This document shows, one piece after another, positions 23,990 to 37,600 of a DNA stretch of 64,000 nucleotides. Location of the stretch: positions 310,001 to 374,000 of the forward strand of contig NW_021836291.1 of the NCBI RefSeq assembly GCF_006345805.1, read 5' to 3'. The DNA is from Octopus sinensis. Its lineage: Eukaryota. The notes under the pieces were generated by a model. It saw only the letters and a list, made by a program, of their open reading frames with translations, was not told the DNA's origin and ran no database searches. The position numbers were made by a program, and so were the translations under genes. Each line of letters starts with the position of its first letter. The stretch's first letter is position 1.

Positions 23990-25845
23990 CATATTTTAGA
24001 TTTTTTAGAGCACCTGCAACGGGAGTACCCAGTGCCTCTGCCATTGCACGCTTCAAGCAAGGTTACCGCCCTCTTGAAGTGGTAGAGGTCACCCTGGGAT
24101 CTCGTGCGAAAGCCGAGCGCCTAGTACTCTTGGCTACTAGGGTCGATTAAGTCAGGCTTCGTGCTCTCCGGCCTCGACCGAAAGCCACCCGATGCTCTTG
24201 GTGTCAGGGTTTTGGACACATAACCACGAAGTGTCCGGAGAAGGCAATACCTTCCGAGTGGGCTACAGGTAGTACCGCCCAGCGAAACCTGGGGGGGGAA
24301 AGGCGTACTCCATATGTGGAAATGCCACTGCACTTCCCCCTTGGCGAGCGTGTACCCCAGGACAGCGTTAGTCCTCCAGTGCAGTTATGTGTGGGTTTAC
24401 TGAAACTATGTAGGGAGACGAAGTGCAGTGTAGCGGATATACTACTCTGCAAGAAGATCCTTGGCGAAGAGCTGACATGATGCTCAACATCATATCGGTG
24501 AACGCCGTTCGGAGAATGTTGGCCACCACGAGTGCGAACATTCTGGTAGTCAACAAAACGAGGGTAAAGGCGGTTCCGTACGTAGTTGATGGCTACGACT
24601 CATAAACTAGTGTAGGAGTAGGATGCGTGAGGACAAGTGCAGTGTCCTCAAAGTCTGTATAAAGACGAGAGGTCACACTAATTACGTCCCTTGGTTATTG
24701 CTGAGCGGGTCAGCAATCGCTGCAGTCGATCGGATGACTTATTTGGGCGTGCTCTTCAAGCCGTCAGGTAAGTTCGATGATCACATTGGAACGTACAAAA
24801 ATGCGTGCAATGCAGCGACTGGGCGCGTTGCGTGCTTTCTTTTTGAAAAGGTGCCTGGCTACGCGTGTTTAACGAATGACATTTTACTATCATATGGGAA
24901 GGATATAATCGTTACATCGAGAGATATATGTGTCAGCGAAGCTACAAGAAGATTACAGAAAAATATAAATAAACTGTGCATATGGCTCAATGACAATCTG
25001 TTAAAAGCAAGCCCGGAAAAGTCTGACCTAACCTTTTTCACAACTAACAAAAGACTGGGGAATTTGTCGATAAATGTGACCATGGAAGAAAAATCAATTC
25101 CTCAAAATAAAACTCTAAAGATACTAGGGATCACCTTTGACACCTCTCTAACCTTTACTCCACATACGGAAAACGTGTTGACGAAATACAATAAGAAACT
25201 AAACTTTCTATAAGCATTTCTAGGAAATATGGAAGACGCCAAAGGAACTTACGGATTAGAGTCTCTATACACCAAATACATTAAACCGACAATTGGTTAC
25301 GGATGTACAGTTTGGGGAAGCAATCTAGCATATACAAATGTCAAAAAAAATCAAAAATATTCAAATGGAGATTTTAAACCTCCTAGCGAACGTAGAACAC
25401 AGAGAAAAGATGTAAAGGTTTCTAAAAGAGGCTGGAATCACCTGAAATAGTTAATTATGGTTATGACGGTGTTTTTGGTCCTAATAAATAAATAAAATGG
25501 TGTTACCCGTGTTGACCTATGGCGTACATGCCTGGCACTTCTGTAAGGACAGGGAGAAGTACTTTGACGCGCTCAAGAAAGTCAGAAGACGAGCCATCCG
25601 GCTAGCCCATGGCTTATGATGGCGAGGGGAGTTCTCGGACACCCAGGAATTGTCCCTCAAAGCCCTCCCTGAGGTCCTAGAGAAGATAATGTTTGGGTGG
25701 CAGGTAAGGCTGTAAGTCTTATCTTGTAGCTGAGAGGCGAGCATGTGTGCAAGACTGAAAAGGCAGGAATGCCGAAGCTCTTTATTTACCCTCTACTAAC
25801 AGCCTCTATTTAAATAAATATTTTCCTTCCTTTCCTTCCTTCCTT
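23990..25845 (+). mobile_element. Heavily deleted CR1/L2-like LINE (ORF1 knuckle, APE start, RT thumb, (TTCC)n tail)
   Basis: RCSWCQGFGHITTKCP (CCHC); NIISVN..ILVVNKTR; YLGVLFKPSGKFDDHI; VLPVLTYG..ALKKVRRRAIRL; tail ttccttcctttccttccttcc at about 25820-25845. Homologous to 44860-45290. Confidence 0.75.
24875..25496 (+). mobile_element. Nested 5'-truncated I/Jockey-like LINE with (TAAA)n tail
   Basis: ILLSYGKDII..LQKNINKLCIWLNDNLL..KILGITFDTSLTFTPH, ending taataaataaataaa. It splits the CR1-like sequence that is contiguous at 44950-44975. Confidence 0.75.
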
Positions 25846-26104
25846 CCGCTGTTCTTTGCATCATACTGATGTTAGATGACTGTCAAGAGTTCGTGTTTTG
25901 ACAAGATTTTTTTATTCTCAGACTTGAAATCAAGCAATTTTTATTTGAAAAAAACTCTGAACTACTTTATCGTTTTAAATCTCCAGATTTTGTTATTTTT
26001 GTGGCATATTTGCCTGACAATAATTTTGCGAATTGTTCAATACTGGATCACGTTGCTATTGATTCCGACTTGAATTTTGATATTATTATTATAGGCACTT
26101 TCGA

Positions 26105-26615
26105 GATGCCATGGATCATGACAAAGCTTGTGCAGCACAGGAAACAATACGAGTAATTAGTTTATTCCATTTCCCGCGATCTTGGGCGACGTCCCGTAGT
26201 GCATCGAGATCGTCCCCGTCCTTCAGTTCTTTACCAGCCCTCTTTAGGTCTATATCCAGCGTACCCGGGAGAGTATTTCTTGGTCGCCCACGGAAACGAT
26301 GATCCCCAGCTTCGAAATAGTCCTCCATAGCGACGTTTGCCGGTGCATCCAAATCCATCCTTAGAATATGTCCAAACAGCCTTCATCTGCATTCGGTAAT
26401 TTCGAGCGAGATTGGTTTGCTTGATGTTCTGGCATAAACTGTTCTGCAACTCAGCCTTGAATGCCACTTGGAGGCTAGAGTACGTCGGAGGTGATCTCTA
26501 TGGAGAGTCTAGGTTGTCATTGTCTGTAGCGGAAAGTCTCCAAGTTCCGGCGTTATATAGGAGTATTGGCTTCACTATTGAATTGTATAGTCGTATCCGT
26601 GTTTTTGTGCTGAAA
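26105..26615 (-). mobile_element. RTE-clade LINE 3' fragment
   Basis: TRIRLYNSIVKPILLYNAGTW and ANVAMEDYF..FRGRPRNTLP..AQDRGKWNKLI. Confidence 0.85.
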
Positions 26616-29600
26616 CCCTGGGGTACACTATTGGGCAATAAGCGTGATCTTGAACTCTCGTTCCCGACGCACACTTTCCCACGACGTCCGCTCAAAAAAT
26701 TCGCTATCCATAGCTTCATAGGTGTAGAAATTTTTGTACCAAATATCTTTTGAATTAGGATCTTTCTTGGGACGGAGTCAACGCTTTTTCAATGTCGATA
26801 GTGCATACAATCGATTTCTCCTGCAATTTCTTCTTTTGTGTCCCTTCATTTATGAAATCTGTTCGTGTGGTAAGGAAGGAGGTCGTTGACAATCCTTCCT
26901 TGAATCCATGTTGGAATGTAGATTGTGGGAGGAAAGGGCGAATATGTTTTAGGACCAGTTTTTCCAAGATTCTTGACAACACACATATAGGGATACTGGT
27001 CTATAGGAGCCGGGGTCGTTCTTCGGTCTTCCAGGTTTTAATATTGGCCGGATTTTTATAGTTTCCATAAGTTCGGTATAGAGTTCGTGATTAATGACGT
27101 GTTATAGATCGTGGTTAAAGCATTTAATGAAACAGGGCCCAAATGTTTTTAGTAGAATAAGTGGAATTCCATCCGGTCCACATGAGTTTGTTTTCTTCTG
27201 ATTCGAGATTGTTTCAGACACCTCTTCAGAAGAAAATAAGTCGTTGGGGGCTTTTGGATGGCTTTGATTTTAATCTTGACTGTGAGTTCATTTTTATAGG
27301 AATATGACTAATCTTGACACAGTGTTTCATAAAATTGTTTAGATTGAGCTGGTATGTTTCTGTTTTACGCTCGTCAGGATTCTTCAAGCGTCTCAACATC
27401 GTCCCCATGGTCGAAATAGAGGCTTGTTTATTCATAGCTCTTGAGATTCGGCTGAGCTTCTTCCTTTGGACTTGGTTGGTATTATTCGTAATAAGCATGT
27501 TTAGAGCCCTGATTCGATCGATGATTCCTTTGGGTCGATACTTTCTTTTCTTGAGGCTGATTCTTTCTCTAATTAGTTTTTTCGTTCTTGAATCATATTT
27601 TGAGCTCCCACTTCTTATACATGCTCTTCTGATAATCAAATTCCTTGCATCTATGATAGTTTTGTTGAAGCTTTCCACTACTCTGTCCAAGGAAGAAAAA
27701 TTCTCAGGGTGGAAATTCTGGAGTCTTGAATCGACGTAATTTACGAAAGCATTCCAATCTGCGTTTTCGTAATCATAGAGATAAGTTTGTTTCAGTATGG
27801 GATGTGGAGAACAGTTCATTCTCATTATCATTGAGTGGTGGTCACTTCGGAGATCATAGCGGACCGACCACTTGATGATAGGGGAAAGCCGAGGCGAGCA
27901 GATTGATAGATCTGGCGATGTCTTCGTGTCCTTAGAGTTGTAGGGTGTCCGAGTGTTCTTTTTCGGGTTGTTAAGGATTATTAACTTCTGCAATTGCGAT
28001 ACCAAAAAGTTTCCTCTGGCATCGGCAGTCTGATATCGGAACCAAGCGGGATGCTTCGCGTTCAGGTCTCCGCATAAAAGTAAGTTATCCAATTTACCAA
28101 GGCTTGACAGGTCAAAACGATAACCCTTCTTGCATGAACCTGGGGGAGGTACGTAGTCATTTGCGATTTCAAGTCTTCCGTAGGAGGTCATAAGTGGGAT
28201 TCCAATTATTTTGGTGTTGGAGTCCTTCCTTAAGCTTATATACGGTAAGGGATTCTCAAAATATTTTATTCCTCTTTTTATAAGGGTCAGTAGACCCCCT
28301 CCATGCTCAGACTTGCGGTCACATCGTAGTGCATCATATCCAGGGTTGTTAGATTTAAATCATTTGATTTTAATCAACAATAAAAATCAATGATTTAAAT
28401 CATTAAAAAAAATCAAAAAAAATCATTTAAATTTTTTTAAATGTCTGGAAGAAAGCGTGATTCTTTGTGGGCTTATTTTGATAAACGTATTATTCCTGGA
28501 AAGACCGGAAGCCGTGCCAGATGTCGTAATTGTGGGAAGGACATACAAGGTCTTGTATCTCGGATGAGGCAGCATCATTTATTATGTCGAAGTAATATTG
28601 ATATCCCTGAAAAATGCCGAGACCTGAAAGCGAATTTCCTCCAAGGATGAAGGACCATTCATTAATCAATTTCGTAACTACGACGACTTCATCTAAGAAA
28701 GATTTGATGGATCTGCAACTCGCTAGATACATATTTTCTACAAACACTCCGTTTGCTGCTGTAGAACATCCCGAATTTGTCAAATTCGTCCAAATGCTTC
28801 TTCCTGGGTATCGTTTACCCTCTCGTCATCAAATTGGTGGTACATTACTTGATCATGTGTACGACCAAATACATGAAGACTGTCGACAAAGACTCCAGGA
28901 CAAAACAGTGTCTATGATGTTGGACGGGTGGAGCAACATTCATAATGAACCCGTTATTTGTGTCTCGGTTGTGACATCAGATGGGGAAAATTATCTCATT
29001 GACACTGTGGACACTTCTGGATATAGCCACACTGCGGAATATCTTCAATCTGTTGCTTTAGCCTCCGCACAATTGGCTGAACAACGGTTTGGATGTAAAA
29101 TCGGCAGTCTTGTAACGGATAATGCTGCCAACATGACTAAAATGAGACGGATAATGATGGAAGATGGCAATGAAATAATTACTTATGGTTGCTCGGCACA
29201 TTATCTCAACCTTCTTGTGAAGGATGTCGAGTAGCGGACGTTAAGGAACTATTGTAACAATCAATAAATATTTCCGAAACGTCCATCTTCCAGCTGCATG
29301 GTACAAATCTAATGGAGGAAAAAAACTCGTTCTTCCGATTGATGTACGGTGGAACACTTTATCAGACTGTTTTCAATCTTATCTGGATAATTGGTCTATT
29401 ATTTTGAGAACTTGTGAGGAACACAGAACGGATATTGATACAGAGATTTTTTCCAAGGTCCAAAATATTTCCCTAAAACGACGCGTTGAAGAATATCTGA
29501 TGCTTATTAAACCAATTGCTGTCGCTTTAGATAAAATTCAGAATGATTCTACCACGATTAGTCATGCTGTAGAAATTTGGAAAGAACTTGAACAGACATA

Positions 29601-30620
29601 TATTGACAATGGATGTACGAATATTTTAGGAAAAGTGAGAATTCGAGCAAAACAAGCATTAACACCTTTCCACTTACTTGCGAATTTGATCGACCCGACA
29701 TGTAGTGGGAAATCTCTTTCAAATGTTGAGATTGACATTGCATTGAGTTATTGTGCTCAAAATTATGAATATGCACTTCCGACTCTGATTAATTTCAGAG
29801 CAAAAGCTGATCCATTTAAACAATACATGTTTGCTCCGAATTTATTGAGTAAAGTATCACCTATAGCTTGGTGGGAGTCGAATTCATACCAGTTACCTTC
29901 ACAAGTAATTTCACTATGCAAAAAAATTCTTGGAGCAGTTGCTTCGACAGGTGGAATAGAAAGAATCTTTTCAACATTCGGATTTCTACATTCAAATGTA
30001 CGCAATAGGCTGGGGATCGAAAAAGCAGCCAAACTTGTTTCCATTTACAAGCTTTTAAATAAATAAAAACGATTTCCATTGTTTTTTATTTTAGTTCGCT
30101 TTGAAATATTTTTTTATTTATTAACCCGAAGACCACAAAGAAAGAAAGCGTAATGCAAACTAGTTAAGTGATCCCGGTGGACATAAGGAACTACGATAGA
30201 TCGTTCTGCGTGGCCGTTTTTCAGTGTTTATGTACAAAGAGAGAGGTTCTCTGATAAGCCAGGTGGAAAGGGTCGTTTTGAAATAAAGATCATTTAATTC
30301 AAAAAAATCTGATTTAAATCAAAAAAATCGTGATTAAATCAAAAAAATCAGATTTTTTGATTTTTTTTGAAAAAATCATGATTTTTAAACAACCCTGATC
30401 ATATCCAGCAAAAAGAGGAGTGATCCCGAATTCTCCCCAGATTTGTTTCTAGCGATACAACTGTTCTTCTTGAATGCCGAGGTATCCGTCTGCAGAGAAA
30501 TTCAACTGGGGTGTTTTTTATGACAAATTCGAATTCTTCTGTTTTGATCAACCTTCCTCTGAATTGATTTTCTGGCTTCTTGCAGAAATTAAGAATACCC
30601 CGCCCGTCATTTAAAGCCGT
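26616..30620 (-). mobile_element. I/Jockey-like LINE ORF2 (APE + partial RT), interrupted by the hAT at 28341-30397
   Basis: APE motifs LLCGDLNAKHPAW, SPDLSI and LRSDH; RT motifs QHGFK, DIEKA and SVPQG. Excising the hAT plus one TSD restores PLFAGYDALRCDRKSEHGGGLLTLIKRGI. APE start NQFRGRLIKTEEF lies at about 30570. Confidence 0.88.
28341..30397 (+). mobile_element. Full-length hAT DNA transposon (BED finger + DDE + dimerisation domain) with 8-bp TSD
   Basis: TIR cagggttgtt..aacaaccctg; TSD atcatatc at 28333-28340 and 30398-30405. Transposase 28441-30066: SLWAYF..ARCRNC..MRQHHLLC, MLDGWSN, LVTDNAANM, CSAH, DVRWNT, ERIFS. Three 1-nt frameshifts. Confidence 0.95.
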
Positions 30621-30829
30621 TTTCTTGGATGCCAGATCGGAACATACCATATCGGTTAATTGTTTGCAATTGTTCCTCTGAGAAAGTCAATCGGCTTTAT
30701 CCTTGAAGAGGAAAGGGCGAATCTCAAGCGGAGCAGCAACACTCTACGGCTAAAGAGATTATTGATTGTATATTTTCTTGATATAGGCTTTGAGTGGACA
30801 CTTTTTTAAAATTGCCTTCGGTCATTTCA

Positions 30830-31300
30830 GAGACCCGTGGTTAGTACTTTCTCCGCATCATCAAATAACTTGATTAAATATTCTGAAATTACAAGGAGAA
30901 TCTGCTGGTTATGCATGTATAAAATACAATCGTCCCCAGTAAATAACCTGAGTCTTCTTTTAGATCTTTTTTTTGTAGTAAATAACTGGAACTTTAATGG
31001 AAACGCAGACAAAAAATTAGCTGATAACCAGTCACATGTCGGATTGAGGAAGGAACTAAACAACTGCCATAGACAAGAAGGAAATTTATCTCTTGAGCGA
31101 TAAACAGATCATCCGCATATGATAAAATAATATCCTTATACCAATAATTTGATAAGTCGTGTAGAAATAGGTTAAAATAGAGAGAATAAAGGATAGTCTC
31201 AATAAATCCCATTGGGGGGCAATCTTGATTTTGACGTAGTTCTTTCTATAGTCTTTTCCACGACGACCAGTTAGAAAATTTTATAGAAATTAATGTCAGC
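30830..31300 (-). mobile_element. LINE RT core fragment
   Basis: SLYFNLFLHDL..ILSYADDLF; second frame LFTGDDCIL. Confidence 0.6.
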
Positions 31301-31467
31301 CAAAAAGTGAAAAACTTGATTAAAAAACCAAACAGATTATTTATAATTCTAGTTACAAAAAAGTTTGATTTTCCGATAAAATCTCATTCAAATCAAATAA
31401 TTTCAAGTAAATAAAGAATAAAATTAATTAAAATCAAGAACAAAAGTAAAGAGAACAGACAAGTAAA

Positions 31468-32030
31468 CTAGATAGGGTTGATCTTAAAGTGGAGTCGAAC
31501 CAACGAAAACACAAAAGTCCTCAAGTTCTGAACGAGATCGTAAAAAATCCGAATTCCTTCCATTTCGGAACTACACATAATCACAACCAAAAACCCCAAT
31601 GATTTCTCCATTTCTACAATTGAACCGATCTTCGAAGTGACAAAAGAAACGTGTCGATCACCCAAAACTATTTCCAATTCCTTGATATTTGGAATTTTTA
31701 AGAAAAACCTGTTTTCCGTCAGAATTTGGCTCAGGCCACTGAGAATCGGACTCTGATAGGATCTCGGAGTCTTCAAGGATTCTTGCCAGTTCGTCGAGGA
31801 CTTGAGGGGATATGTATGACTATGGATTATATATAAACATCAAAACATCTTTGCGGATCATAATGTCGTTTTTGTAATTACTGTTGTTAACATATTGAAA
31901 ATGACCTAAGATTCATAAATATTGAAATATATTTTCAACCATTTGGATTAAATGTAAATTCAAGAAATTCATGACCATATTGTCCACGATGTCCAACGTA
32001 ATATCTTAGAAAGACTTCCGATTTTGACAT
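31468..32030 (-). CDS. MAGOH: Mago nashi (exon-junction complex core)
   Basis: Four GT-AG introns (34, 27, 28, 24 nt). Product [95 protein letters not shown] aligns end to end with Mago. Confidence 0.97.
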
Positions 32031-32205
32031 TGCCACACAAGAATTAATCAAACTCTCTCGTTTATTTAATAAATAATTATTATCTTTAATTATTTTTAAA
32101 TAATTTAATATATAAATCATTTAAAATTTGTTTCAAAAATTTTAATGATTTTATAAAATTAGTAACGATGCCGACTTTGGTTTGAATAACAAAGATGCTC
32201 TAATC

Positions 32206-33596
32206 CAGGGGTGTCAAACATGCGGCCCTCAGCGTATTTTGCCAAACATAAGTGCGGTCTGATTTAATGGCTATAAAATGCAAAAAATTATTTTTATTTT
32301 TTTACATTTAATTAAAAATTTTAATTGTATTTTTAAAGAATACAACCTAAAGACCCATTATCAATCTAATGATCTATCATACAATTATTTCGAAGGTATT
32401 AAGTTGTTTATTAACCAAGAAGGTCCAATGCGTGTTTCAAAGCTAAATGAATTGCGAAAAAAATTATCTGCGTTACAAACTCATTTCACACAAAATCATA
32501 ATCGAAGTACTGCATTAGTCAGTAAACTATATCAGAGGTCATCCCCTCAACCACCGGCAGTTTAGTATACTGCTGACAGATATGAATAATCAGTTCAGCG
32601 ACATTCCTTTTTATACTCCAGTCCGCTGGTTATCACTTCACAAAGTTGTTAAAAGATTTTATTTGTTGAGATCGGAAATAATTTTATTTATGGAGATGAA
32701 AGGGCAAAACACAGACGGAATGAAAAGTCAATCTTGAAACAAAGATTTGGCATTTGCAGTGAAAATTACCACATATATGAACGACCTTAATTTAGAATTG
32801 CAGGGTAAAGACAAGCTCATAACTCAGTTGTCAGATCATATCAAGTGTTTTATTTTGAAAATAAAATTATGGAAGTTTCAGCTATTAAATGAAGATTTAT
32901 CTCATTTTCCTACGTGCAAAGAGCTCAGGAGTACTGTTGATGCACATAATGTAATGAATTTTTCTCAGTATTAAAGACAATTAGAATCGTTGTTAAATGA
33001 ATTTCAAGAAAGATTTAACGATTTTTCGTCTTTTGAACAACAATTTTCATTATTCGCATCACCATTCTCTTTTAATGTTTCCAATGCAGATGAAAGTTTA
33101 CAAATGGAACTATTGGAAATCCAATCAGATTCTATATTTAAAGCTAAATATTTGGAGGTTGGAATACCTGCTTTCTTTTCATATCTTTCTGGAAAGTTTA
33201 ACAACTTTAAAAAGTTTGCAACAAAAATCATTGCTATGTTTGGTTCGACATATGTGTGTGAACAGCTTTTTTATTTATGAAAATGACAAAAACTGCTCAA
33301 AGAACAAGACTAACTGATAAACATTTATCCTCTTTAATAAAAGTCGGAACTACACGAATAGCTCAGCCTGACATATCAAAAATTGTATCTAAAAAAAGAT
33401 GTCAATCCTCTGGAAGCAGCTCTTACAAAAATTAAAGGGCGATAATTGAATAATTTAGTTTCTCTTATTTTTGTTATTCATCATAATAAATATCAGAACT
33501 AATCTTCTTTTAATGAGAAATTATTATAAATGCGGCCCTCGAGGCGAAATTTTTACAAAATGCGGCCCTCAAAGCGAAATGAGTTTGACACCCCTA
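32206..33596 (+). mobile_element. Internally deleted hAT Buster/Charlie (GTF2IRD2/SPIN-like) element with 8-bp TSD
   Basis: TIR caggggtgtcaaac / gtttgacaccccta; TSD ctctaatc at 32198-32205 and 33597-33604; LNLELQGK..FQERF..LQMELLEIQ..MFGSTYVCEQLF. Confidence 0.93.
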
Positions 33597-33959
33597 CTCT
33601 AATCAATCTTCTAAACAATTTTCCGAGAACATTTAATAACTGATTCCGCACAATCAACACTTCTTAGAACAAATACACCGAGATAAAACGTATGTACATC
33701 AGAGTTGGTGAAAAAGTGAAGACATTGCCCACAGAAAGTTTCTGGCTACTGCGGTTTTAAGCAGAATACGCAGAGCATGGCTCCATGCTCGGCCTGTAGA
33801 TCGTTTATTCTGATCAAGGCTTTATAATGCCTTCGTGAAACCTGTTCTATTTTATAATTCCCTAATATGGGGGATTTTGAATACTGAACTAAAGACCATA
33901 GACTCTTTTTACCCCAAGCACCTGTGCCTTCCACACGGAATTTACTGAAATCAATAATC

Positions 33960-34420
33960 AGTCACTCTACAAACACATACACCGGTGATTGCAGAAATTG
34001 TGGCAGGATCCTGGAAATTGTTTGGCCGCATCTTGAGACTGTGCCCAGCCATTCCTGCTAATTTCGCTATGAATGAATACTTAATGGATTATGGCAATAA
34101 ATGTCGCAGACGACTAAGATTTACCCCTTCGGGAGTCCCCACATTTAAGCTTTCTTCCAATTTTAGTAAGATCCTTATTTAGAGCAACAGGGAGAGTGAA
34201 TCCAGGTCTTTCAGTAAAACGATGTTCTGTTTTCATTGTTAAAGTATTTGTTCATCGTTATGCTTGCAGGAATGTTTATATTTATTCTTAGTACATGTTC
34301 AAATAGCCGCCATTTTGATTGAATAATTTGGGTGCTTATTGGAACTGATTGTGTCGTAGAGTACAATTTATTGTTTGAAATCTTCTTTGGCAAATCTAGA
34401 CCAAGTAAATTGTGTAATAG
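33960..34420. mobile_element. Two tail-to-tail RTE 3' fragments (about 33960-34190 on +, about 34200-34420 on -)
   Basis: WKLFGRILRL..PANFAMNEY on plus; PKKISNNKLY..KWRLFEHVLR..PASITMNKYF on minus. Confidence 0.7.
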
Positions 34421-34619
34421 CTTTCGATGAAATATGTCATTTTTTTGAGTTCTAACTCTGTAACTCCTTATGTGCTAGTTTTACATGAATACCGGCTATA
34501 TTTAAGTTGTATAGTCTTATTTGCAGATTTTTTTGATTCTTTTCCGTTGAATCTATATTTGTTGAATTTTTCTATACATTCCAGTCGCTAGGACTCGTTT
34601 ATACATCATTTTCTCACTA

Positions 34620-37600
34620 TCACCAAATAAGAATCCCTATTTCATTTTTTTCTTCCAGTTTTCATCAATATATTTTAATTCCCGAAGTGGACCCCGCCAA
34701 CATAATTGACGTTGCGTTGCCTCTCACGATAGCAACGGAAATCAACTGGAGAAGCCACCGGGTCTCACGTGTGTCGTGGCTTTTTAATGTGGCTAAGCGT
34801 CCAAGCTTCTTTAGGAAGCGAAGCGATTTCCCACTTATTCCTCCAGTTGTCTCGACCACAATCGGACAGAACACAAATCGATCTCGCAGGGCTTCATATT
34901 TTCTCTCCTTTGCCCTCATCGTTTTTTCCGCGGCATACAGTCTGTCCACTGCGCTCCCGGCAATGTTGGACGGGCAGAGAATGTCCACACAGGTTGCGTC
35001 CCAGACTAGGGGTTTCCCCTCTTCAAATGAGAAAATTGTGATCCCATCAGGACGTTTTCCATCTCCTCAGTCAAGCCCGACCGGTTCAAATACGGCTGGG
35101 TATCCTGCAGACTCCAGGGCTCGCTTGAGATGTATGGTTATCCGGATATTTTTGTGACAATTTCGTTGATCGCCTTGTGTCTTGGGAATCGTCCTGCACT
35201 TCTTCGACAAGAGAGAGCATGGTGTCCATAACAATCGACGGTGGCCTCACACCGGCATTTGTGAGTCCGGCAAATCTCCAGTCCAAGTCTGGTGCTGATG
35301 CCAATGCGGACAGTATTGTCGTCAAGGTGGGTTCCGACACTATCAACGGGGAGTGCATTGATCCAAGATTCACTCGATTCGCATCTTCCAGTCACTAGAC
35401 AGGCACGTCTGTGTTGGTTTGATTGGTTCAGAAGCCTCTCGTATTTATCCTCGCAGATGGTCTTGTAACGATTTTTCTGCTCAGGCATCATCCCTCTCGA
35501 ATGCTCCATCTCTGTGATTTCAAATGATTCAGTTTGGAGTTGGAGAATCATCCTGATCAGCAGTTGGCTGGAGTCCAAAGAGGATATGCGGGGCAAGCCA
35601 GATCATTCGGAGAAGGGATACCCAGTCCGCCCAGGTTAACGGGTAGGGTCGCTTGGTCCCACCCTTGGTCTTCGAATTTCACATTCGTAATGCGTTCAAT
35701 TGTGATCCGAAAGAGACAATCGATATTGTCGAGCTGTTGCGTTTTCAGGTAGCAGGGTGCACCCCGAAGAACGTAAGCGGAAATCCAAAATTGATAACTT
35801 CGCACTTATTGGTGTTCAGGGTTAGGCATAGGGATTCCAATTGGGCTATCAGACTTTTAAGGCAATCTAGCACATCCTTCGGCTGGCCGCCCATTGTGCA
35901 ATCATCCAAATACCATACCTTCAGAGGAGTCGAACAATATTTGGTGACACGGGCAATTCCCAGGCTAAACAAGGCAGGGCCCAATGGGTCTCCTTGTTGG
36001 ACTCCAGAACACAATGGGATGTGATATTGGCCGTGCACCAAACTCGATGGTTTTCCATAAGAACTATGAATATAGCTGTACACTGATGGGTAATGTGTGG
36101 GGCAATCCTCCAGAATTGTATCACGTCGTATCGAGTTGAAGACGTTTTTAATGTCGATTTTGACGATTACAAAAGGAGTGTCTCGTTCTTTTCAGTGAAT
36201 CTTCGGACAGCATGGACTGCCGCCTCACAACCCCCCGGTGAACCGACCCCAAATTGGGCTGGTTGTAATTGTGTTATCAACGTAGGCAGGATTGCTCTGC
36301 CAACAAGCTTTGAGGCCAAACGACGAAAGACCAGGCCAACAGCAATAGGGCGTACTCCCCCTCCCTTCTTGTCGAATGCGATTAGCTTGGCAGAGAAAAT
36401 TACATGTCGAATTGTTTCTGGTAGTGTCCCTGATAGCATCCTGTTCATTAGTTTGGTGATAGCCAGCACAAGCCGGACCCCAGAATTGCCCGTGTTGCGA
36501 CCAATAAGATCTTTGAGGTGGCCCGGACGGAGCCCATCTAGTCCACCACTGCTGCTCGGTACAAAGGAGAGAATCCCATCTTTTACGTCTTCTTCGGAGA
36601 CAAGTAGATTGGGTAATTGTCCTGGGCAAGGAGCAATCCGATGATCGTCTGGGGGACTTGGGTGACGATCAACAAGTGATGCGTAGGACTGTTCAGACGG
36701 CTCAATTATACGGTGTTGGTCTGCCAGAGTCCTCACAGCAGCACGTATTCCACCTTCCAAAAGTTTTCGACGGATCGCATTTCGTAGTCTCTGAGTGTCA
36801 GAGATAGGCTTCTCAAAAAAATTAAACTAATTAGACACATTAATGAGAAATGTGATTCCTCAAAGACAGCGAACTTTGTTGTATTGAAGTAGATCAATAT
36901 ACTCGTTGTTGGTTTCGTTTAACAACTCTTTAAATAGCCGATGATTAAGTCCCTTAAATATATAATATATTACTCTTGATATAATGAAGTTAGTAATCTT
37001 TATGACCAATTCCATCACTTCTAAAATTTCTTTCGGAAACGTTTGCGCAGAGAGTGCTTCTAGGTGGATAATACAATGTAGAGTAATCACTTCATGATCA
37101 ATTCACCTTTTAATTAAAGTTATAAATCCCTTTCTCGATCCCAGCATGCTTGCAGCACCGTCAGTTGAAATTGAAACGATTTTATTAAGAGGAATATAAT
37201 TCGTTTCAAAATATTCTACGACTGCGCCAACAAGATCTTCACCACGGGTTTAGAGGCAATAATGGCAAAAGTTCTTGCCTCAAGAAACCTCGAGACACAT
37301 AACGAACAAACAGAGACACCTAAGTATGACATGAACAATGATACTTGTGCAATGTCATTTATATCACATGATTCATTTATTGCTATTGAAATTGAATTAG
37401 ACAATTTCATGTCAGAAACTTGTTGAACAGATACATTCGAAGACATCTTAAAAGTCCTGTCGGCTACTATTTTCGCAGATAAAAGGTATATTCATTATCT
37501 TATTCACGATTTCTGCCTTATTTGAAAAATCGTGAAAAAGTTCTTCAGAGGTTTTAATGAAACATGCCTTTATAAATTCGCCATCGGTAAATGGTTTTCC

